DNA of 64,000 bases from Carcharhinus amblyrhynchos (lineage: Eukaryota), in the NCBI GenBank assembly GCA_965287045.1, contig OZ336888.1:15872001-15936000 (forward strand). Reading direction: 5' to 3'. The notes under the pieces are model-generated. The model was not told where the DNA came from. It worked only from the letters and a program-made list of their open reading frames with translations, and did not search any database. The position numbers and the translations under genes are program-made. Positions 58,001 through 64,000 of the stretch are shown here, one piece after another (the first letter of the stretch is position 1; the number at the start of each line of letters is the position of its first letter).

Positions 58001-61000
58001 ACTGTCCAAACTTTAATGAACAGTCATAGATGCCGGTTTTGACATTCTGCACTGCTGTTTTGGAAGCATATATTGAAATTTAAAATGTGATATATTTACC
58101 TTTGCGTTTTGAAGAGCTAGTATTTTGGTGCTATTGACTTCAGATCGTTAAATCCATTTATTCGCATTAAAGATGATCGATAAGCCATCAGGAGATTTGA
58201 GATGTATAGTAATGCACGGTTTGTCTGTGACTGAAAGGACAAAGTTGTAGACTTGTAGAACGCCAGACTGTTTTATTTTGATTTGGCAGTATGGATAAAC
58301 TTTGCTGGTGAAATGTATGTGCAGACAGGCAGAAATAATTATTCCCAACAGAATAAATTCAAAGCAGTAAATTTCAATATCATAATGAGTTCCTGATGAG
58401 AAATGACAGTGGGATTTTTGAAAGACATACCTTATTCTTTGGAAAATAAATGATTTAGCCACTGTTAAAACTTCATTTTCACTGGCAAATACTCTCCAAA
58501 TAATTTTGGGAAAATTTAGTGCCACATTTGCTGACCCCATGTTGAAGTTTTTGTAATTGCCCGAGAAGTAGCTGTTTTTTGAAGGCAACTTGGTCGAGGA
58601 CCTGTTCTGAATAGTAAGCGCTGCATTTGCGGAAGGGAATGATTAATTTTGTAGTTTGCGTACCGATATTTTCTTTTCTCCTTTGCGATGTGGAAGCGTT
58701 TGCCACTGGAGGCTTTGACTGACATAGTGATGCTAAGATGAATTAAAAATCTTGGGAAGCAATTTCACAGTTAATGAATAAATATTTTGTACAAATTTTG
58801 CTTCTCTTTCGGGCCACCATCATTCACAGGAACTGGAAGACCTCCAACTTCAGAGACTACTGTCAGTGGTGAGTATTGTTTTTGGCATCCTCGTCATCTG
58901 AAATTAATTGATTTTATTTCTAGATTAATATTGTTTCAAATTCGCTCAATTACATAGGGCCGACAGCAATGACTCCATCAGGTGTACCAGCTGTTCCTGA
59001 GACAGCAATTACTGGTAAGTGGATCTCCTTACACATTATAACCTGATGATAATTTTGAGCAATTTGTAATTTAATACTCTGCAGCATTTTTTCTGTTACC
59101 TTGAAGCAGCAACAAATCAGATGGTAGTAAGTCCCATTGTTTCTGACACTGGGAGTAATGATGGGTGTATTAGTTCACATTGTCACAATAATCTTTCCGA
59201 ATCTTGAATAATTAGCCTTCGCAATCAAACAACATTTGAAACTTGTGAAACTTAACGTTGTGTTGCTGAGAGCAGGTCAATGATTTTCCTTTAGGAAACA
59301 TGGCTGAGCAAGTGTTCTGACGGGAAACCTCAGCGTTTGAGGGAGAGAATTATTGCTGTTCTTGAGAATGTTTATGGGTCATGTTTGATCCATACTGAGG
59401 TGCAAGCAATTACTGGTTAAGGATTTGACTAAGATAACGATGCTGATAATTAAACATTTGCTTGGAAATGAATTGCAGTAGTAGTGAATAAATGCTCTGT
59501 CCAAATGTCTGTGCTGTTTAGGGCCAACAAGAACTGCAGAAACTGGAGGACCAACCACTTCAGAGACCACCATCAGTGGTGAGTTTCAGTTTTATCGTAC
59601 TCACGGCATGAAATTAATTTGTGTGCTGCATGGACTCATCTTGTTTCATATTACTCTGCTCCCTAGGCCCGATGGGAATGACAGTGACAGGCACACTTCC
59701 GGTTTCTGAGAGCAGAATTACTGGTGGGCAGAACTTCTTTTATGTTATAAGCTGCTGTTAGTTTTGTGCTATTTGTGTTTTTTAACTCAACCGTAAGTCT
59801 ACAGTTATGTTGGAACTGCACGCTGGAGCAGGGCAGTCACTGAGATAGTTTCTGAACCTGTGATTAAGAATGATTGAATGTATTCTCAGTGTTGTATGAT
59901 GTTTGTGATGCCAAGGTATCCCAGGCAAGGGACATATTGTTAGTGCATCATTGCAGTTCACTGTGTTTTCAGTCCATTCAGATGGAAGGGATTGAATGTG
60001 TGTCAGTCGAGTTGTTCCATATTGTCTTTGTTAAGCATCTTCTTGGTTGAATGTCCTTATTTTTGCTTTGTGCTGAATGTGAAATGGTCAACAGACAGGA
60101 ATTAGTGATTGCTTTATTGCAGTTTTTGTACACATTTGCTTGTCAGTGCACAAACTGTAAATACATGCATGTTGGTGTTTCACTTGCCTCGGTGCTAATT
60201 GATACATATTCATGTTATCACCGAAGGAGCTTTTCCGTGAATGGAAATTGGAATAGTAAATGCTACCTGATAGAGTAGATGCCTTGCATTATCAATTATA
60301 ATGTTTTATAATCAATTATAATCAATTATAATGGTGCAGCAGGTGATCAAGAAGGCGAATGGGATGCTGGCCTTTATAGCGAGGGGGATAGAATATAAAA
60401 GCAGGGAGGTCTTGCTGCGACTGTACAGGGCAGTGGTAAGGCCGCAGCTGGAGTACTGTGTGCCGTTTTGGTTGCCGCACTAGCGCAAGGATATTTTGGC
60501 CTTGGAGGGAGTGCAGAGGAGGTTCACTAGGCTGATACCGGAGATGAGGGGGTTGGACTATGAAGAGAGGCTGAATAGACTGGGTCTGTACTCGTTGGAG
60601 TTTAGAAGGATGAGGGGGGATCTTATAGAGACGTATAAGATAATGAAGGGGATGGATAGGGTAGAGGTAGAGAGATTCTTCCTGCTCAGAAAGGACAGCA
60701 GGACTAGAGGGCACAGCCTCAAGATAAGGGAGGGCAGTTTAGAACAGAGTTGAGGAGGAACTTCTTCACTCAAAGGGTGGTGAATCTCTGGAATTCTCTG
60801 CCCATTGAAGTGGTGGAGACTACCTCGCTAACAATATTTAAGACACGGGTAGGTAGATTTTTGGTAGGCAAGGGAATTAAGGGTTATGGGGAGAAAGCGG
60901 GAAAGTGGAACTGAGCCACTACAGATCAGCCATGATCTTATTGAATGGCGGGACAGGCTCGAAGGGCTAGATGGCCTACTCCTGCTCCTATTTCTTATGT

Positions 61001-62884
61001 TCTCATGTTCTTACGTTCTTACGAAAGTGGGCAGTGTTATTGAACGTGATTATTGATCATAATGTAGGTTGTGCCCGTGATATCCATGAATGGCAGCATT
61101 TATGAATTTAAAAAGATAGTAAGGCAGACTGTCCAAACGTTAATGAGCACTGGAAGATCCTGGTTTTGACATTCTGCATTGCTGTTTTGGAAGCACGTAT
61201 TGTAATTTAAAATTTAACATATTTTCATTTGCATTTTGCAGAGCTAGGATTTTGGTGCTATTGATTTTAGATCACTAAATGCATTTATTCACGTGAATGA
61301 TGATTGGTAAGGAATCTGGAGATTTGAGATGTACAATAATGCGTGGTTTGTCTGTGACTGAAAAGCCTACTGGAAAGCTCCAGATTTGTGGCCTTGCAGA
61401 ACGACAGAACCTTTTATTTTGATTTGGCAGTATGATAGACCTTGCTGGTGAAATTTATGTGCAGATGGACAGACATGATTATTCCTTCCAACAAAATAAA
61501 TTCAAAGCAGTAAATTTCAATATCATAATGAGTTCCTCATCAGAAATGCCGCTTTTTCAGTGGGATTTTTGAAAGACAAACTTTATTCTTTGGAAAACAA
61601 ATGATTTAGTTAGCTTTAAAATTTCACTTTTACTGGCAAATAACATCCAAATCATTTTGAGAGAATTTAATGCTACATTTGTTGACTTGATGTTGAATTT
61701 TTTTGTAATTGCCTGAAAAGTAGCTGGTTTTTGAAAGCAACTTGGTAAAGCAACTGTTCTGAATGGTAGGTGCTGCATTTGTGGAAGGGAATGTTTAATT
61801 TTATAGTTTGCATTTGGATATTTTCCTTTTCCCTTCGCAATGTGGAACCATTTGCCACTTGAGGCTTTGACTGACATCGTGATGCTAAGATGAACAAAAA
61901 ATTACGGGAAACAATTGCAGCAGTAATGAATAAATATTCTGTACAAATTCTGCTTTTCCTTAGGGCCGACACCATTCACAGGAACTAGAAGACCTACAAC
62001 TTCAGAGACTACTGTCAGCGGTGAGTATTGTTTTTGGCACTCTCGTGTCCTGAAATTAATTTATTTGATGGGGCGATTAATATTGTTTCAAATTTGCCCC
62101 ACGACTTAGGGCCAACGGCAATGACTCCATCAGGTGTACCAACTGTTCCTGAGACAGCAATTACTGGTGAGTAGATCTCCTTACACATTATAGCCTGATA
62201 TTAATTTCAAGCTATTTGTAATTTAACACTCTGCAGCATTTTTTTCCTGTTACCTTAAACCAGCATGAACTGGAATGATAGTAAATCCCATTGTTTCTGA
62301 AACGAAGAGTAATGATGTATGTATTCATTCACATTGTCACAATAGTATTTCAAAACCTCGAATAATTAGTTTTCAAAAGCAAACAACATTTGAAACTTAT
62401 GAAATTTAATGTTGCGTTTGCTGAGAGCTGGACAATTATATTGTTATTCCTTTAGTCAACATGCCTGAGGAATTATTCTGGAGGGAAACCTCAGAATTTG
62501 AGTGAGAGAATTATTACTGATCTGCGAGATTGTTTATGGGTCATGTTTGATCCGTACTGAGGTGTAAGCAATACCTGGTTAAGAATTTGACTAAGATAAT
62601 GATACTTATAGTTAAACATTTCCTTGGAAATGAATTGCAGTCGTGGTGAATAAATACTCTGTCCAAATGTCTGTGCTGTTTAGGGCCATCAAGAACTGCA
62701 GGAACTGGAGGACCAACCACTTCAGAGACCACCGTCAGTGGTGAGTTTCAGTTTATCGTACTCACCACATGAAATTAATTCTTGTGCTTCCTGGACGAAT
62801 GTTATTTCATATTATTTGTGCTCCTAGGCCCAGTGGCAATGACTGTGACAGGTACACTTCCTGTTTCTGAGAGCAGAATTACTG
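868..62884 (+). CDS. Internal part of a giant multi-exon mucin-like (PTS-repeat) gene: 92 micro-exon cassettes, one 19-aa repeat per exon; start and stop lie outside the window
   Basis: Recurring (Y)nAG|57 nt|GTGAG cassettes, all phase 1-1. I saw no stop codon or frameshift in any cassette. The split junction codon is G+GN (Gly), with all four N bases seen. The consensus A-B-C-D peptide is 31/76 Thr+Ser and 42/76 Pro+Thr+Ser. Confidence 0.85.
2610..2812 (+). CDS. Exon doublet C/D: 2610-2666, 2756-2812
   Basis: AG/GT intact, 89-nt intron; [19 protein letters not shown] + [19 protein letters not shown]. Confidence 0.8.
3303..3504 (+). CDS. Exon doublet A/B: 3303-3359, 3448-3504
   Basis: AG/GT intact; [19 protein letters not shown] + [19 protein letters not shown]. 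Confidence 0.8.
3967..4169 (+). CDS. Exon doublet C/D: 3967-4023, 4113-4169
   Basis: AG/GT intact; [19 protein letters not shown] + [19 protein letters not shown]. Confidence 0.8.
4672..4874 (+). CDS. Exon doublet A/B: 4672-4728, 4818-4874
   Basis: AG/GT intact; [19 protein letters not shown] + consensus B. Confidence 0.8.
5856..6884. mobile_element. Same TIR-element insertion as 30080-30817, left end deleted
   Basis: Same right junction ..AGGCTC|ATAA and homologous internal sequence. Confidence 0.7.
6200..6520 (+). repeat. C-rich ~35-bp degenerate minisatellite inside TIR elements (also ~15130-15450, ~30160-30450, ~33960-34645)
   Basis: Recurrent CCACCAGAGATCCATCTGACCC(A/G)CCTCCC-like motif. 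Confidence 0.75.
6972..7174 (+). CDS. Exon doublet A/B: 6972-7028, 7118-7174 (B acceptor AG>CG)
   Basis: A intact; B preceded by tccctCG, whereas its twin at 16050 has AG. Confidence 0.7.
8701..8903 (+). CDS. Exon doublet C/D: 8701-8757, 8847-8903
   Basis: AG/GT intact; [19 protein letters not shown] + [19 protein letters not shown]. Confidence 0.8.
9322..9692 (-). mobile_element. CR1 fragment, duplicate of 391-761
   Basis: Same junctions, offset +8931. Confidence 0.92.
9799..10001 (+). CDS. Exon doublet A/B: 9799-9855, 9945-10001
   Basis: Copy of 868-1070 (+8931); AG/GT intact. Confidence 0.8.
11541..11743 (+). CDS. Exon doublet C/D: 11541-11597, 11687-11743
   Basis: Copy of 2610-2812; AG/GT intact. 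Confidence 0.8.
12234..12435 (+). CDS. Exon doublet A/B: 12234-12290, 12379-12435
   Basis: Copy of 3303-3504; AG/GT intact. Confidence 0.8.
12898..13100 (+). CDS. Exon doublet C/D: 12898-12954, 13044-13100
   Basis: AG/GT intact; C = [19 protein letters not shown]. Confidence 0.8.
13603..13805 (+). CDS. Exon doublet A/B: 13603-13659, 13749-13805
   Basis: Copy of 4672-4874; AG/GT intact. Confidence 0.8.
14787..15815. mobile_element. Duplicate of the 5856-6884 TIR element
   Basis: Offset +8931. Confidence 0.7.
15903..16106 (+). CDS. Exon doublet A/B: 15903-15959, 16050-16106
   Basis: AG/GT intact; B = [19 protein letters not shown]. Confidence 0.8.
17632..17834 (+). CDS. Exon doublet C/D: 17632-17688, 17778-17834
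   Basis: Copy of 8701-8903; AG/GT intact. Confidence 0.8.
18346..18548 (+). CDS. Exon doublet A/B: 18346-18402, 18492-18548
   Basis: AG/GT intact, 57 nt each, open frame. Confidence 0.8.
20062..20264 (+). CDS. Exon doublet C/D: 20062-20118, 20208-20264
   Basis: AG/GT intact; D = [19 protein letters not shown]. Confidence 0.8.
20778..20980 (+). CDS. Exon doublet A/B: 20778-20834, 20924-20980
   Basis: AG/GT intact; A = [19 protein letters not shown]. Confidence 0.8.
21532..21710 (+). CDS. Exon doublet A/B: 21532-21564 (33 nt, in-frame 24-nt deletion), 21654-21710
   Basis: AG/GT intact; [11 protein letters not shown] + [19 protein letters not shown]. Confidence 0.75.
22101..23625. mobile_element. 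Non-autonomous DNA transposon (PIF/Harbinger-like ends), 1,525 bp
   Basis: Left end AGGCCCGATTTTACCAA, right end reverse complement GGGCCCGATTTTAACAA; AAT on both sides; sister units show the uninterrupted site; no transposase visible. Confidence 0.8.
22635..22822 (-). mobile_element. Short 3' fragment of a second CR1 family, nested in the TIR element
   Basis: Minus strand reads [27 protein letters not shown] (CR1 ORF2 end), followed by a different 3' UTR. Confidence 0.8.
24775..24977 (+). CDS. Exon doublet C/D: 24775-24831 (weak donor GTCTGT), 24921-24977
   Basis: Open frame; the C donor deviates from GTGAGT. Confidence 0.7.
25466..25668 (+). CDS. Exon doublet A/B: 25466-25522, 25612-25668
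   Basis: AG/GT intact; B = [19 protein letters not shown]. Confidence 0.8.
25988..26731 (-). mobile_element. 5'-truncated CR1 LINE with 211 aa of open ORF2 C-terminus
   Basis: [39 protein letters not shown]..; (AAGAACAT)n tail; possible CTT target duplication. Confidence 0.95.
27831..28033 (+). CDS. Exon doublet C/D: 27831-27887, 27977-28033 (D acceptor AG>GG)
   Basis: C intact; D preceded by acttGG. Confidence 0.7.
28541..28734 (+). CDS. Exon doublet A/B: 28541-28588 (48 nt, acceptor AG>CG), 28678-28734
   Basis: A has a 9-nt in-frame deletion and a broken acceptor; B intact. Confidence 0.7.
30080..30817. mobile_element. Non-autonomous TIR element with internal C-rich minisatellite
   Basis: GGACCTGATTATT..AAAATCAGGCTC flanked by ATA/ATA inside the consensus GACTAAGATAATGATGC. 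Confidence 0.75.
30905..31107 (+). CDS. Exon doublet A/B: 30905-30961, 31051-31107
   Basis: AG/GT intact, open frame. Confidence 0.8.
32618..32820 (+). CDS. Exon doublet C/D: 32618-32674, 32764-32820
   Basis: AG/GT intact; D = [19 protein letters not shown]. Confidence 0.8.
33329..33531 (+). CDS. Exon doublet A/B: 33329-33385, 33475-33531
   Basis: AG/GT intact, open frame. Confidence 0.8.
33667..34645. mobile_element. TIR element, left part (right end deleted), with C-rich minisatellites
   Basis: TTG|GGGCCCAATTTTACCATT start; intron consensus resumes at ~34646. Confidence 0.72.
35706..35907 (+). CDS. Exon doublet C/D: 35706-35762, 35851-35907 (D donor GT>TT)
   Basis: C intact; D followed by TTGAGA. 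Confidence 0.7.
36419..36621 (+). CDS. Exon doublet A/B: 36419-36475, 36565-36621
   Basis: AG/GT intact, open frame. Confidence 0.8.
38139..38341 (+). CDS. Exon doublet C/D: 38139-38195, 38285-38341
   Basis: AG/GT intact, open frame. Confidence 0.8.
38857..39059 (+). CDS. Exon doublet A/B: 38857-38913, 39003-39059
   Basis: AG/GT intact, open frame. Confidence 0.8.
39195..39777. mobile_element. TIR element, right part; same insertion site as 33667
   Basis: Ends TGGTAAAATCAGGCCC|TTG; TTG on both sides. Confidence 0.72.
41170..41372 (+). CDS. Exon doublet A/B: 41170-41226, 41316-41372
   Basis: AG/GT intact; consensus A and B peptides. Confidence 0.8.
42923..43125 (+). CDS. Exon doublet C/D: 42923-42979, 43069-43125 (D donor GT>AT)
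   Basis: C donor GTGGGT; D followed by ATGAGT. Confidence 0.7.
43375..44250 (+). mobile_element. 5'-truncated, degenerate CR1 LINE
   Basis: [26 protein letters not shown]..; broken by a stop and a frameshift; ends ..TTCTTATGTTCTTAT. Confidence 0.93.
44519..44720 (+). CDS. Exon doublet A/B: 44519-44575, 44664-44720
   Basis: AG/GT intact, open frame. Confidence 0.8.
46078..46280 (+). CDS. Exon doublet C/D: 46078-46134, 46224-46280
   Basis: AG/GT intact; D = [19 protein letters not shown]. Confidence 0.8.
46795..46996 (+). CDS. Exon doublet A/B: 46795-46851, 46940-46996
   Basis: AG/GT intact, open frame. Confidence 0.8.
48521..48723 (+). CDS. Exon doublet C/D: 48521-48577, 48667-48723
   Basis: AG/GT intact; near-identical to 46078-46280. 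Confidence 0.8.
49238..49440 (+). CDS. Exon doublet A/B: 49238-49294, 49384-49440
   Basis: AG/GT intact; A ends in A, so the junction codon is AGG (Arg) rather than Gly. Confidence 0.78.
50951..51153 (+). CDS. Exon doublet C/D: 50951-51007 (acceptor AG>CG), 51097-51153
   Basis: C preceded by ctttCG; D intact with GTAAGT donor. Confidence 0.7.
51661..51862 (+). CDS. Exon doublet A/B: 51661-51717, 51806-51862
   Basis: AG/GT intact, open frame. Confidence 0.8.
52472..53161 (+). mobile_element. 5'-truncated CR1 LINE
   Basis: [26 protein letters not shown]..; ATGTTCTT-type tail. Confidence 0.93.
54103..54305 (+). CDS. Exon doublet C/D: 54103-54159, 54249-54305
   Basis: AG/GT intact, open frame. 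Confidence 0.8.
54823..55023 (+). CDS. Exon doublet A/B: 54823-54879, 54967-55023
   Basis: AG/GT intact, 87-nt intron. Confidence 0.8.
56382..56584 (+). CDS. Exon doublet C/D: 56382-56438, 56528-56584
   Basis: Copy of 48521-48723 (+7861); AG/GT intact. Confidence 0.78.
57099..57301 (+). CDS. Exon doublet A/B: 57099-57155, 57245-57301
   Basis: Copy of 49238-49440. Confidence 0.78.
58812..59014 (+). CDS. Exon doublet C/D: 58812-58868 (acceptor AG>CG), 58958-59014
   Basis: Copy of 50951-51153. Confidence 0.7.
59522..59723 (+). CDS. Exon doublet A/B: 59522-59578, 59667-59723
   Basis: Copy of 51661-51862; B donor GTGGGC. Confidence 0.75.
60333..61022 (+). mobile_element. CR1 LINE, duplicate of 52472-53161
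   Basis: Same junctions, offset +7861. Confidence 0.93.
61964..62166 (+). CDS. Exon doublet C/D: 61964-62020, 62110-62166
   Basis: Copy of 54103-54305. Confidence 0.78.
62684..62884 (+). CDS. Exon doublet A/B: 62684-62740, 62828-62884
   Basis: Copy of 54823-55023. Confidence 0.78.
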
Positions 62885-64000
62885 GTGAGCAGAGCTTCTT
62901 TCACATTAAAAGTTGCTATTGGTTTTGTGCTGTTTGCGGTTTTTAGCTCAACCGTACATCTACAGTTACGTTGGACCTACACGCGGGAGCAGGGCAGTCA
63001 CTCAGACAGTTTCCAAAACTGTGATTAAGAATGATTGAATCTATTCTCAGTGCCATACGGTGTTTGTGATGCCAAGGTGTCCCAGCCAAGGGATATGTTG
63101 TTGGTGCGTCATTGCAGTTCTCTGTATTTTCAGTCCATTCAGAGGAAAGGATTTGAATGTGTACCAGTTGAGTTGTTCCATATTGCTTTTGATAAGCATC
63201 TTCTTGTCAGCATGTGCTTGTTTTTGCTTTGTGGTGATGGTAGAACGGTCAACAGGTAGGAATTATTGATTGCCTTCTTTCAGTTTTAGTATACATTTGC
63301 TTCTCAGTGCAGAAACTGTAAAAACATGCACGTTGGTGTTTCTCTTGTCTTATTGCTAATTGATGCATATTCATGTTGACACTGACAGAGCTTTGCATTG
63401 AAGGGAAATTGGAATATTAAATGCTACCTGACAGAGTAGATGTCTTGCATTATCAATTCTAACGTTTGGAAGAAGATAGTTATTGAATATGATTATTGAT
63501 GAAAATGTAGGTTGCGCAACATGACCGTGAAGTCAGCTTGAGACTGCGAATGGCAGCATTTATGGATTTAAAAAAGTAATAATAAGGCAGACTGTCCAAA
63601 CTTTAATGAGCAGTCATGGATGCTGGTTTTGACATTCTGCATTGCTGTTTTGGAAGTGTATATTGAAATTTAAAATGTGATATATTTATGTTTGTGTTTT
63701 GAAGAGGTAGGATTTTGGTGCTATTGACTTCAGATCGTTAAATCCATTTATTTGCATGAATGATGATCGATAAGGCATCAGGGGATTTGAGATGTACATT
63801 AATGCATGGTTTGTCTTTGACCGAAAGGCCGAATGGAAAGCACTTCGTTTGTAGACTTGCAGAACGACAGAACCTTTAATTTTGATTTGGCAGTATGATA
63901 GACCTTGCTGGTGAAATTTATGTGCATATATAATTTTGGGAAATCTTAGTGCCTCATTTGCTGACCCCATGTTGAAGTTTTTGTAATTGCCTGAAAAGCA

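Larger units (their letters stand above)
1..64000 (+). repeat. Tandem array of a ~2.43-kb exon/intron unit (A-B-long intron-C-D-short intron) with deletion and insertion variants
   Basis: A-to-A spacing in uninterrupted units: 2435 (868-3303), 2432 (18346-20778), 2424 (30905-33329), 2438 (36419-38857), 2443 (46795-49238), 2423 (49238-51661). Confidence 0.95.
48460..64000 (+). repeat. Higher-order tandem duplication, period 7,861 bp (12 exons per copy), near-identical
   Basis: Exons, CR1 and ORF-track entries recur at +7861 (e.g. 49201/57062, 52635/60496) with only a handful of visible differences. Confidence 0.95.

Noticed and set aside
868-62884. CRISPR-like or antigen-receptor V/D/J segment array
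   Set aside because: Spacers are homologous to each other, no cas genes are present and the context is eukaryotic. I saw no heptamer/nonamer recombination signals, and the cassettes have both acceptor and donor sites like ordinary internal exons.
868-62884. Assigning a gene symbol such as MUC19, MUC2 or MUC5
   Set aside because: No diagnostic non-repeat domain lies in the window and PTS repeats are not conserved between lineages, so orthology needs flanking exons and synteny.

Overview
This is AT-rich eukaryotic (vertebrate) DNA, probably from a cartilaginous fish given the CR1 LINE 3' ends with (ATGTTCTT)n tails; the organism is an inference. The whole window is a tandem array of a ~2.43-kb unit. 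The ORF track misses its main content: 92 plus-strand micro-exon cassettes, nearly all 57 nt, arranged as 46 doublets (57 nt + ~89-nt intron + 57 nt). 85 of them keep AG/GT splice dinucleotides, all are phase 1-1, and each encodes one 19-aa Pro/Thr/Ser/Gly-rich repeat. The four classes are [60 protein letters not shown] and [20 protein letters not shown]. Spliced together they give about 1,600 aa of a mucin-like PTS domain of a very large gene whose ends lie outside the window. The array shows nested duplication: exon, doublet, 2.4-kb four-exon unit, then 8,931-bp and 7,861-bp higher-order copies. The long introns carry 5'-truncated CR1 LINEs and a family of non-autonomous TIR elements with 3-bp TSDs. 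Coordinates were counted by hand, and splicing is inferred from sequence alone.
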